A stretch of DNA of 62,767 nucleotides, the filler included, from Chiloscyllium plagiosum (taxonomy: Eukaryota): the NCBI RefSeq assembly GCF_004010195.1. It is 3 parts of 2 records of this genome, joined end to end, with 100 filler letters (N's around TTAATTAATTAA, not from the genome) between each part and the next. Parts side by side here need not be neighbours in the genome. Positions count along the whole stretch, not along the records: positions 48,061 to 62,767 come from NC_057717.1; 2 more parts are not named here. One strand, 5' to 3'. Position 1 is the first letter of the stretch. Every line of letters begins with the position of its first letter. Shown here piece after piece: positions 50,899-62,711 of the stretch. The position numbers and the translations under genes are program-made. The notes beneath the pieces were generated by a model. That model saw nothing but the letters and a program-made list of their open reading frames with translations, made no database searches and had not been told where the DNA came from.

Positions 50899-52581
50899 AA
50901 GTTTATTTTGTATAGGCAAGGAGTAGCAGGTAAATAGGTTACGATATTGAGATATAGGACCCTCTCAATCTTTGATGTTGAAAGGGATGTGCTTTCAAAG
51001 ATATGTGCTTCTGAAGGACTATTGTCAGAAAATGTACTAGTAACAGGAATTCACAGTGAGACAGGAAGCACTCAATTACGTAGAGTGAGGTTAGAGTGTC
51101 CAGTGAAGAGAGGAGAAGTCGTGGTAGGTCTCCTGGACAAACTCTCAGCTCCAGGAACACACGTCCTTGCTAACAATATAGCTGGTTCACAGGTAGGAGT
51201 GCTGCCTACTGTGGTTGAAAAGCCAGTGGAAATTCAGGCAACTGAGCTGTTGCATGACACATATCCTGGAATGTTTCCCGTCTATGTGGTAATGAGGTCA
51301 CAAAGTTACCAGTTCAATCAGGAGAGATCAAAGCGTACAGATAGGAAAGTTGAGGTGGAATTAGCAGAGATCTTGTTTGATCAGATGGTTGATACAAACG
51401 AGGAGCAGATAAATGACAAAGCAGGTATCTTTAGCTCAAATACATTAATTGAGTTACAGCAGAAAAATGAAAATTTAAAGCAGTTTCATCCAAAGCCATA
51501 CATGGAAAAAGAATCCCAATGTATCCCTGAATGCTATTATCTTAAAACATGATGTCTTAATGAGGAAATGCAGACTATCGCATATTCAGGCAGATGAGAA
51601 ATGTGCAGACGTTCATCAAATCGTATTGCCAGTGGATTATAGAAGGGAGGTGTTGCGAGTGGTGCCAGTAGGGTTAGAAAAACACAAGCTAAAATATGAA
51701 AACATTTTTATTGGCCTGGACTGTTCAAGGATGTAGCTAATTTTACAAGACATGTCATACATGCCAGATAATTGGAAGACCACAGGCAGTAATAAAACCT
51801 GCACCTTTAATACCTATTCCTGTATTTGAGGAACGTTTTACAAGATTCTTAATGGATTACATAGGACCCCTGCCTAGAACAAAAAGTAGGAATCAGTATT
51901 GTTAACAATAATGGATGTGTTCACTAGATATCTATAGGACATTACATTATGCAATATTAAAATTAAAAGGAGCTAGGGGAGTTACTCAATTTTTTCACTA
52001 GATACGGATTACCCATAGAGCTGCAATCAGATCAAGGGTCAAAGTTTACATCACAGTTATTCAAGGAAGTTATGGACAGTTTAGGAATAAAATAATTCAA
52101 ATTTACTGCACACCATCCAGAGTCACAGGGAGCACCAAAAATGTGGCATCATACATTAATGATCATATTGAAGGTGAATAGTCAACACTATCCAAATGAT
52201 TAGGATAAGGGAATTCTGTTTGTACCTTTTGCCATTGGAGATGCATTAAATGAATCAACCATCAAAATTATTTTTCGAGCATGAAGTGAGATGACTGCTA
52301 AGATTTATTAAGGAAGAAGTGGTAAGTCATAATTCAGAGACTACATATTTGGACTATGTGTCAGATTTTTAGCAATGAATAAAGAGAGCCAGGATTTGGC
52401 TAGACAACATTAAATGTATCATAGCATTCAATGAAACAGGAAACAGACATGAAATCAAAAACTCACAATTTTGCTATCGGGGATATGGTGATAGATGCAT
52501 CTTTAAAAGTAATGCTTAGTGGATCTTATCAAGTCTAAAGAGAATTGAGTTAGTCGAACTATTTGGTAAGGACTCCAGACA

Positions 52582-52792
52582 GTGTCAAAAAGTGTGGTGC
52601 TAGAAAAGCACAGCTAGTCAGCATCCGAGAAGTAGGGCGGCTGAAATTTTGAGCATAACCTTTTTCCTGACGAAAAGCTTATGCTCAAAACGTTGACTCT
52701 CCTGCTCCTCAGATGCTGCCTGACCGGCTGTGCTTTTCCAGCACCACAATTTTTGACTCTGGTCTCCAGCATCTGCAGTCCTCACTTTCTCC
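52582..52792. mobile_element. Short fold-back Penelope-derived element inserted in the Gypsy integrase C-terminus
   Basis: PLE terminal sequence in both orientations; imperfect duplication aggactccagacag / aagactccatacag; integrase coding continues across it (YLVRTP | RKKFHRVYHVNMLK). Confidence 0.85.
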
Positions 52793-54549
52793 AAAGACTC
52801 CATACAGAAAGAAATTTCACAGAGTGTATCATGTGAATATGCTCAAAAGTCATTTTCACAGTGAAGGAAAGCCAAAGGTGACTGTATTATTGGTTACAAC
52901 ACAAAGTGAAGAACAAAGTTCAGAGATTCTGAATTGGACATACCTCAAATTAAATTGGACAGTGGGGGAGTAGTTAAAAATTGGGATAAATTACTCAGTT
53001 ACCTTCCTGAGGAAAATCAAAATGAACTGAAAGAGTTATTACTGTGACATGAGGACATATGTGGGATTAAGCTGGGAAGTACTAATCTAATTATTTATGA
53101 TGTAGATCTTTGAGATTCTGTTCCGATTAAGCAACATCCTTCTAGGCATAACCCTGTAAAGTTGGTACAGATACAAAAAAAAAGATTGGACGCCTGCTCT
53201 AAGACAGCATAATAAAAGCGGGTTACAGTGGCTGGATCTCACCCGTAGTAATGGTGCCAAAACCAGATGTTACCCAGTGGTTATGTGTGGACTGTCACAA
53301 GGTCAGTGCAGTTACAAAGGCAGATGCATATCTGATTCTGCATTTGGAAGGCTGTGTTGAAATGGTGAGTCAAAGCAACTTATATTTCTCAGTTGGACAT
53401 GCTCAAAGGATACTGGTAGGTACCATTGTCTGAAAGACAGAAGACAATTTCAGCATCCGTAATGCTGAATGGACTGTATCAGCTTAAAATCATGCTGTTT
53501 GGAATAAAAAAAAAACACCAGCTCATTTCAAAGATTAACCAATAAGGTTCTATCCCGGATTACCCAATTGTCTCATATATATAGATGACCTGGTGATTTT
53601 TAGTCACACGTGGAAGGAGTATTTGCAACATTTATCAGACTTGTTTGATCGGCTTCGGTAGGCTTGGTGATAAACTTGGCCAAGAGTGAATTTGTCAAAG
53701 CCCAAGACAACTGTCTGGGCCATGTTATTGGACATGGACAAATGGTCCCGTGGAATGCAAAAACAAAGGTAATTGGGGAGTTTGCCATACCAATGATGAT
53801 GAGACCTGTACTACGATTCCTGGGATTGAGTGTATTTCATTGAAATCTCGTACCACATTTTAGCAGTGTGGCTGCTTCACTCGCTGAATTGCTAAAGAAA
53901 GGCAAGAAGTTTCATTGGACAGTGGATTGTCGAAAGGCATTTGACAGCGTGAAAGCTGTACGAGACACTGGCTCAGTAGTAGCCACACCTGATTACGTAA
54001 AGCCATCCAAGGTGACTATCGATGCAAGTTATCTTTGTGTTGGGATTGTGCTATTACAGCAAGAGGACAAAAGGATTGAAACACCCATTGGGTATTTCTC
54101 CAGGAAATTGAGCATTCATCAGCAGAAAGATTAGACAGTTGCGAAGGAGAGTTTGAGCTTGGTGTTGGCATTGCAACATTTCAATGTTTATGTTGCTAGT
54201 AAGGTATCTGAGACAATCACATGCACCCATTGAAATTTACGAAGAAATTTAAGGTCAAAAATGCCAAACTGTTTAGACGGAGTTTGTTGTCACAATTCAA
54301 TTTGAAAATTGTGCAGGTGGCAAAACGAGAAAATGTGATTGCCGACATATTATCAAGACTTGAATGAGAAATGGAGGCGTTCGGTAGTGGGAGTAAAACA
54401 GACTGAAATAGAATGCAGTAGTGTATGATTGCATGATTATTACCAACGTAATGTATATGTGGGTTGTAGTGTACTAACAATTTAAGATTAAGGGGTTTTA
54501 AAATGAAGCCATCTTTAAATATTGCTGGTTCTTTTTTTAAGGGGGAAGG

Positions 54550-55180
54550 TGTGATGATGTTGCTCCTTTAACAATGTAATGTTGTCCTTGGCTTCTTTTT
54601 CAGAGACGTCGTAAAAGCAGCAATTCAGAAAGGTCTGGCTTGGGTGGGTTTTAGGGCAAATTTGATTACAGCTAACAGATACTGCCTCAGGCAAAAGGCA
54701 TTCAGGTTTAAAGAAAACACTTGTACAATGAGAGGGGAGTGGCCAGTTCTCCCAGCTCAGCTTCCCTCTGGTTTAATTTGGCTTGAGCAGGCAGTCAGTT
54801 ATGAAGCTGCTGAATCCAACGAAGCAGGTCCATGCTGATTCTCCCTCTCTCTGACATCCCTCCTGAAAGACCCTGTATTGGATTTTACCTTTTCTGCCAA
54901 GGCGTATTTATGGGGATTTGTGCAAGTATTTGGAACTGCAAACTAAATTGGGTTAATCTATAGGGTTTCAGATACATAAAGTTATTCTGTATTCTGAACT
55001 CTTTAGTTTGTGTTTCATTCGGTAATCTTGCAAATAAATTCTGTTTTGTTAAAACTAAGTGGTTTGACCAACTGCATCACTCCTGGGATATCCACTATAC
55101 ACCTGCTTAAAACAATGCGCAAAGTTAGGTCTGAGCTACTTTTGTGAAATGTTTTTAGGGGTCTGGCCTGGTCCATTGCA
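54550..55180 (+). repeat. 3' LTR of the Gypsy element
   Basis: TG immediately after PPT aagggggaagg, ends CA, internal AATAAA, homologous to the 5' LTR. Confidence 0.87.
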
Positions 55181-55739
55181 CATTAATAAACAAATGAAGA
55201 AATAATTACAGACAACACATCAACAACAATAGAGCATAACATCTTTCAAGGGACTTCTCAGTAAATATATTAAGCACAAGTTTGTTATGACTCAATTAGA
55301 ATAGTCAGGCAGTCTGGGCTATTTTGAGAGAACGTTTCCCTTCATTGGAGAGTCTTGGACAAGAGGGCATAATCTTAGAAGGGGAACCAATGTATGACAG
55401 AGATGAGGAGGAATTTCCTCTCTCAAAGGGTTGTGAGTCTTTAGTACTCCTTGTCACAGAGAGCAGTGGGACAGAGTCCTTGTGTACATTTAAGGCTGAT
55501 ATATATTCTTGGTCAGTTGGGGAATCAAGCATTAAAGGGTAAGGGCAGGAAGGTAGATATGAGGTATATGAGATCATCCTCCACCAGGTCTGCAAAGTCC
55601 CAAATCGGGCACTAGACTCAAACTCTACCCTGGGCCCACTGTATCAAAGCAGTCTCCGAAAAGAAGATGGAGTGGACGAGCCTCGGGCTCCCCGCCAACC
55701 CCCCCCCCCCCCCCCCCAAACCTGCCATCTTGTCTGGAA

Positions 55740-56270
55740 CTCTCTTCCCAGACAATGCATTCCAGACCCCAGAACTCTCTGGGTGAAAAAGCTTCTCCTC
55801 AACTCCCCTCTAAATCACCCAATTTTCACTTTAAAATGATACCCTCTTCATAATTGACACTTCGACTAGGACCCATTTTGTACCCACCCTGCCCATATGC
55901 TTCATAATCTTATACACCTCCTTCAGGTCCTCCCTCAACCTTCTCTGTTCAAAGCAAACAGCTCAAGTTTATCCAGCCTATCTTCATTGCTGAAATGCTC
56001 CATTCCAGGCTACTTCTTGGTGAATCTCCTCTGCACTCCCTCCAACAGACCTTCCTGTTCTTATAATCTATACCTCGACTGATAAAGGCAAGAGCCCTGT
56101 ACACTTTCTTATGTCACGCCATTAACCTGTCCTGCCACCTTCCGGGATCTGTGGACAAACACTCCAAAATCCCTCTGTTCATCTGAGATTACTGGTCTCC
56201 TATCATTCATTGAGAACTCCCTTGTCTTTTTCCTCCTTCCAAAGTACATCACCTCACATTTATCATGGTT
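55740..56270 (-). mobile_element. Decayed CR1 LINE 3' ORF2 fragment
   Basis: Reverse complement carries VQRRFT, LELFAL, FFTQRV-type motifs. Confidence 0.7.
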
Positions 56271-56887
56271 ACAATCTGCTTGCATTGATCAAAGGGAAAC
56301 AAGCTTCAGCCATTTGGTCACGATGTTGCCATATTTCAGAAGTGTTTTTGCATTACCCTCAACTTATGAAATGGGCCATACAAAACAAATACTTACTTTT
56401 CTTTTCATTGAAACATTTTGTTGACATGAAAAAGCATCAGTAAAATATTCGCCCGACATCCCAAGTAAAACTTAACATGTCAGTTTCCAATCTTCGATGT
56501 ACTTGGCTGAGGCACAATAAAGTTCGTTGTGCACAGACACAAGGTTTCTACGCAGGGGTGTCCCATGAGCATATCTATAATACCTTCCGAGAAACAGTCA
56601 CATCTCACTCCCTGTTCAACATGAGTTCACTTTAATCCAATCGATTTCGTTTTGCAAAACAGATTCGACGCAGGGACAAGGAGAATTCGCACACACACCT
56701 CACCATCCTGCTGTCTCTGCTTTCCAATCCAAGATCATGTTGGAAAAGGTCTCCTGGGCTGGACCTCATCTGCTCTGACAGATTCTCTTTTTCTTTCTTT
56801 ACTCTCTTTCTTTTAGCTCACTTACCTTGTCCTGACCTTCAATGTCATCGGCAATGGTGAAAGTCCAGCATTCAGACCTCGTGTGGG

Positions 56888-57037
56888 TCCAGGGTGGAGG
56901 AGAGTGGGCCCAGGGCGCAGAATCCGATCAGACCCAGGGCGGAGGAGAGTGGGCCCAAGCCACAGAGCTTCAACAGGCCCAGGGCGGAAGAGAGTGAGCC
57001 CAGGACACAGAGCTTGAACAGGTCCAGAGTGGGCCTG
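56888..57037. repeat. 45-bp tandem repeat, ~3 copies (cccagggcggaggagagtgggccca..)
   Basis: Direct reading. Confidence 0.8.
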
Positions 57038-57239
57038 TTACCTTCAGTCCACAGTTGCCTAAGTGGCTATCGATGAAATATCACATATAATTCTGTCATT
57101 ATCTCGATGAAAATTTTAATCAATTTTCACTTCAGTGCCAGCATATCCACCTAGTATTGCAATTCTGTCCTCAGCCTGGGCTATTGATCATGAGGATTTT
57201 CTTGAGCGTGCTGAAGTTGCGGTTTTGGTTCAGAAAAAG

Positions 57240-58545
57240 ACGAAAATACGTAGAGACAGCAGAGATCGAGTTAGTCCTTACAAGAGTATAAAGGCAATAG
57301 GAGTACACTTAAGAGGGAAATCAAGAGAGCAAAAAAGGGGACCTGGGATATCTTTGGCAAATAGGGTTAAGGAGAATTGAAAGGGATTTTATAAATACAT
57401 TAAGGACAAAAGGATAACTCGGGAGAGAAAGGACCCTTTAAAGACCAGCAAAGCAGCCTATGTGTGGAACTGCAGGAGATTGGGGAGATAATAAATGAAT
57501 ATTTAACATCAGTGTTTACTGTAGAGTAAGAAATGGAAGATATAGGATATGGGGAAATAGGTGGTGACATCTTGAAAAATGCCCATATTACAGAAGTGGA
57601 GGTGCTGGATATGTTAAAACGCATAAAAGTGGGTAAATCCCCAGGGCCTGATCAGGTGTACAATAGAACTCTGTGGGAAGTGAGGGAAGTGATTGCTGGA
57701 CACCTTGCTGAGATATTTGTATTATTGAAAGTCACAGATGAGGTTCCAAAATATTGGAGGTTGGCTGCTGTGGTGCCACTTTTTAAGAAAGGTGGTAAAG
57801 AAAAGCCAGGGATCTATGGACCCTTGCATCAGTGATTGACAAGTTGGAGGGAATCCTGAGGGACGGGATGTACATGGATTTGGAAGGGCAAGGACTCATT
57901 AGGGATAGTTAACATGGCTTAGTGCATGGGAAATCATGTCTCACCAACTTGATTGGATTTTTTTGAAAAAGTAACAAAGAGGATTGATGAGGGCAGTGCA
58001 GTGCACATGACCTCTATGGACTTCAGTAAGGCATTTGACAAGGTTCCTCATGGTAGACTGGTTAGCAAGGTTAGATCTCATGGAATACAGGGAGAACTTG
58101 CCATTTGGATACAGAACTGGTTCAAAGGTAGAAAACAAAGGGTGGTGGAGCATTAGTTTTCAAACTGGATGCCTGTGAACATGTGTGGGTGCTGGGTCCA
58201 CTATTTTTCTTCATTTATATAAATTATTTGTATGTGTGCATAAGAGGTATAGTTAATAAGTTGCAGATGAAACCAAAATTGAAGATGTACTGGACAGCGA
58301 AGAAGGTTACCTCAGACAGCAATGAGATCTTGGTCAGATAGGCCAATGAGTGAGGAGTGGCAGATGGAGTTTAATTTAGATCTATGTGAGGTGCTGAACT
58401 TTGGAAAGGCAAATCAGAGCAGGACTTATACACTTAATGGTAAGGTCCTAGGGAGTGTTGCTGAGCAAACAGACCTTGGAGTGCAGGTTCATAGCTCCTT
58501 AAAAGTAGATAGGATAGTGAAGAAGGTGTTTGGTATGCTTTCCTT
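57240..58545 (+). mobile_element. CR1 LINE ORF2 fragment
   Basis: KSPGPDQVY, VVPLFKKGGKEKPG, MDFSKAFDKVPHGRL, EWQMEFN..CEVLNFGK. Confidence 0.92.
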
Positions 58546-58574
58546 TTTTGAACACATTAAGTATATGATGAGTA

Positions 58575-59385
58575 TTGAACCCATTTCTACTCTATTCCCC
58601 TTGCAAGAGCCCATGAACCTATCTTCACTCTGTTCCCATAGCAACAGCCTCTGAACTTGTCCTGAATCTGCTCCTGTAGGAATTCCCTGTGAACCCATCC
58701 CCATTTTGTACTCGCAGCAATGGCCTGTGAGACCACCTTGACTGTACCCCTAGCAATGACCTGTGAACCCATCCCCATTTTGTTTTTCTAGGAACAGCCT
58801 GTGATCCCATATCCCTTTTTTACTCTTAGCAATGGCCTATGAACCCAAGCCGACTCTGTACCCCAGCAACAAAGGCTAAGGAATCTATTATCCCAGCAAC
58901 GGACTGTTATTCCATCCTCATTTTGTTCACCTAGCAACCGCCTGTGAGCCCATCCCCACTCTGTTCTTGTAGCAGTGGCCTCTGAATTCGTCCCCATTTA
59001 CAACAGCATGAGAACCCATCCATATTCTGTTGTTCTAGATGCAGCCTGTGAACCCACTCTCACACTGTTTCCCCTAGAAATGACCTGTGAACTCATCACT
59101 ACACAGGTGCCTTCACAATGGCCTGTGAACGGATGCCCTCTTTGTTCCCCTAGCAATGGCCTGCGAATTCAACCCTATTCTTATCTCTGAGCAAAAGCCT
59201 GTTAACCCAGCACCTGTCTGCTCCCCTAGCAAGAGCCTATGAGACGATCCCCACTCTGTTCACTTAGCAATAGCCTGGGAACCCCTCATGACTCTGTTCC
59301 CCTAGCAATGGATCCTGAACCCATCCCCATTTTGTTCCCCTAGTAATGATCCGTGAACCTATCCCCACACTATTCCTTAACAATG
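58575..59385. repeat. Degenerate 38-bp tandem array, ~21 copies (consensus ~GAACCCATCCCCACTCTGTTCCCCTAGCAATGGCCTGT)
   Basis: Units recur every 38 nt (e.g. gaacctatcttcactctgttcccatagcaacagcctct) with no unique spacers. Confidence 0.92.
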
Positions 59386-59659
59386 GTTTGTGAGTGCGAG
59401 TGTGGGATGGCGATGTGGAGGGAAAGGGAACAAGGAAGAGAGATGAATTCTACTGAAGTCAGGTCGGAATGGGTCACCCAGAGCTGAAAGTAAGAACAGA
59501 GCATCTGAAACCCAATACTTGAGCTCAGCCCCAATCCCTTCCCCCGTTAAGGACCAGGTTTTGGGGGCCGAGTTTGTTTTTCTGCAGCTCACCTTCTTCA
59601 ACGCAAAGACACACAACAATGTAGTTCACTCCGCTGCTTAGGACTGTTTAATATAAATG

Positions 59660-59665
59660 TTTATT
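59660..59665 (-). terminator. Candidate polyadenylation signal AATAAA for the GPCR
   Basis: tttatt on the plus strand, ~210 nt downstream of the stop codon. Confidence 0.45.
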
Positions 59666-59874
59666 ATTTACAAATTGAAGTTATAGATACAGTTAGTGGA
59701 ATAGTGCCTATTCTCACTGTCCTCTGAGTTGAGAGAACCTTTGAAAAATCTCTCTGTAACCCCTTGTACGGTAAGTTTGAATAAACTAGCACTATCCTCG
59801 ATCTGTTACCATAGCAACATGGTGCTTCATTGCTGAAACATTGAACTGAAATGAGAAAATCCTGGAAGGATTGA

Positions 59875-60782
59875 TTAATAAATGAATTTGATTGATTGAT
59901 GAATTCGGGTAATGGGGTATTTCAGCACATTCTTCAGCTGCTGTCTGAACTTAGTCTGAGTCACAGCATAAATCGCGTTGTTTGTGCAGCAACTGAGGAG
60001 CTGCAGCATGAAGCCCAATTCCATCACAAAATAATGTAGATACACAAATTGATACCCAATCCAGGCCATCCGATACCAGGTAAAATACACCATTAGCGTT
60101 GACCATAACACGATGAAATTGGCCGAGATCACAAACAGTAAAATTATGGATTTTTTTCGATTTCTCATTTCTGTGTCACACTGAACATCCCGATTGGTGT
60201 GAGCCCGGAGTCTCCTGCGGGCTCTGCTGGTCACTAAAATGCGTCTGACGGTGAAAACATTGAGCAGCACAATCAGGAGAAATGGGAGAGCCGGGTTTAG
60301 AATGTAGTGGAGGAACTCGATTGAGACCCAGACATGAGAGTAATAAACGCCGTCCGTTCCAATACAAAACCAGGGGTCATACCCGAGCTGGTACCAAGGT
60401 GTGAGCATAAAATACCAGAAAATGTTCTTTAAACAGCTCAGCACAGTCACTGTTCCCAGAACCACAGCTGTCGTTTTCTCACTGCAATATTTACTTTTCA
60501 GCTTCTGGCAACAAATGGCTACAAATCGATCAAAGGTGAAAGTGACGGTGAACCAGACAGAACAGTCAGTGGATGCATAAAGCAGGACGGCATGGATATT
60601 ACACAGGGGGATGAACTGCAGGAAATAAAACTGTTCTTGATAAACAATGGGAATGTCTCTCAATATCAGATCAAGGATGATGACCAGTAGATCAGCCACT
60701 GCCACGGCTCCCAGGTAACATTTGACACACGGAGACAATCCACAATCTTTATAAAGCAGAATGAAAATTGTCACAACGTTAA
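59875..60782 (-). CDS. Class A orphan GPCR, GPR139/GPR142-like; large terminal coding exon (end of TM1 to stop)
   Basis: Open frame of ~300 aa with hydrophobic helices, TM2 AVADLL, TM3 SVWFTVTFTFDRFVAICC, TM5 PFLLI..LN, TM7 LLSCCTNNAIYAVTQTKFR. Acceptor ttttccttcttcgcag before 60782 (phase 1); TAA at 59875-59877. First exon not found in window. Confidence 0.9.
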
Positions 60783-62711
60783 CTGCGAAGAAGGAAAACA
60801 AACAAATTAAACATCAGCCTGGAGGCAAATTTACCAGTTTGATTCAGGACCCAAGTGAGTCACCGTATTCAGAAATTTATTGAAATAATTGGTAAATTCT
60901 GAATTACTTACAAAAATGTGACATAAAATACAAGAAAGATTCCCTGCCCAAACACACAGACACACATCCATAAGAACATGATTTCCTGAACATTCCCACA
61001 CATTCCATCACTAGAGAGCAGAAACATATCATTTTACAGTTCCCAATATGGAAGGTAAAAGCGTTGCGTGCTGAAGGAATCTCACTCAGTTCCTTGAAGA
61101 CGAACGGAGGTTGGAAATTTCTGTCTTTTCGTTAGACTGTGGCCCGTTCTCTGTCATGAAGAAATGTAAACGCAGGGAAAACGTATTACACCTTTAATTC
61201 TCTGAGGGGAGTTTGAAACATTATTTCCTTCTCCCTGGTACAGGACTTCTTCCCTTGAGATCTTATCTTTTGTTCAATTAACTGATAGCCGGCTGTGCAC
61301 AAATTATATCAGTTGAAGAGTGTTTCAGAAAATGTTGATTATAGAATGTGACAGACTCATTAAGAACAACATTACAAAGACCCTTCTGTTCATTAAGCTT
61401 GGTGAGACCCACTCAGCCTCATGGTGAAAATCTCTCCCTAAACTTGACTCACCCAGCACCTTACAAACAAAATGAACAAGGCAATACCTTGATCATTTGA
61501 TGTAAGGTCCACTTTTACGATCATACAGATGCAATCCCATATTTAGAGATCCCCCCCCATATACTTTTCAGTTTTGCTTAACATTCCTAAACATGAAATG
61601 TCCTGGATATTCGGTTTGCAATATCGGTCACCCAGTAGCTAGTTCACTAATGCCATTTAATGGTATCCATTTCCTTCAAAGTATGCAATGAGTTCCTCAA
61701 TCTTTTTTGAGAATATAACACCCATTCAGATAGACTGCCTTTCATTCAGCTTTTCGAACCATTATTCCCTACTCCATTGTTACTGTTAATCCGTATTGTG
61801 ACTGGTCAGGAAACAGTCTGACATCGTTACACTCACAGAAACAGACCTGATGGATGATGTTTCAGGAAGCCCCATCACAATCCCTGGGTATATCCTGTCC
61901 CACCAGCAGGACAGACCCACCAGGGAATACAGTCAGGAAAGGAGTTACCCTGGAAACCAAGAAGTATTGACAAGGAAATCACCTGATGATAAACATTACT
62001 GCCCTTCACACCACCTCCCAGTGATAGCTCAATTCCCCTCGATGTTGAAAACAAATCAGAGGAAGCTCTGAGGGTGATGAGGACACAGAACATACTCTGG
62101 GTGTGATACTTCAATGTCCATCACCAAGTGGGTCTCCACAGGTCCATCACTGACTGAGCAGGGCGAGACATCAAATACACAGAAGCCAGACTGTGGGAAG
62201 TGATGAGTGAACCAACAAGAGGACAACGTTCTCGCCAAACTACTTGTCACAAATATATCTGTCCCGAACAGTATCTGTAGGAGTACCCAGCACACAGTCC
62301 TGGTGGAGATAGTCTCAGCCTCATATTGAAGATACCATCCCCTGCGTTAAGTGGGACTACCTCCTGTGAAGTAGAACATACTTCTAAAGGACAGAGTAAA
62401 TGGAAACTGGGAATCCATGAGGCTATTGATGCTGCAACTATCAGAAGCTGCTGCATCAATAGCCTTCCCTCCATCATAAAGTCAAAACGGGGCTGTTCAC
62501 TGATGATTCCAGAATGTTCAGCACCATTCGAAACTGCACCTGTATTGAAGCAGACTATTCAGCTCATCAAGAATTTTAAAACAGGAACAGTATGAGGCCA
62601 TTCAGCCATTCGAGCAGTTACTCAGCATTTGGAGCAGATCTTTTAAGCTCTCATGTCTGTTACACAGGAAATAGAAGGGAACATTCAGCCTTGCAAAGCT
62701 GCTACATGGAG

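Larger units (their letters stand above)
48109..55180 (+). mobile_element. Full-length decayed Ty3/Gypsy LTR retrotransposon, Gmr1-like (gag-PR-INT-RT-RH)
   Basis: Two homologous LTRs; gag remnants (WPVTMWVLLIQ, VKKAILNAYELVPEAF); frameshifted protease motif ~50940; integrase 51550-52850 (HFYWPGL, CHTCQ, MDYIGPLPRTK, QSDQGSKFTS, HPESQG); RT 53110-53700 (SPVVMVPKPD, YIDDLVIF); RNase H ~54000-54365 (IDAS..GIVLLQ, PIGYFSRKL); polypurine tract 54539-54549. Many stops and frameshifts. Confidence 0.92.

Noticed and set aside
58575..59385. CRISPR-like array or repetitive protein ORFs (58489-59190)
   Set aside because: Units are contiguous with no unique spacers, there are no cas genes, and the context is vertebrate. 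The 38-nt period is not a multiple of 3 and frames close quickly.
60783..60801. ORF-track start MFSFFA for the GPCR
   Set aside because: This is the polypyrimidine tract and acceptor, starting at a non-ATG codon; the true N-terminus must come from an upstream exon.
61453..61560. Candidate GPCR exon 1 at donor tgg|gtgagt
   Set aside because: The required phase-1 frame hits TGA before any ATG and gives no TM1-like peptide.
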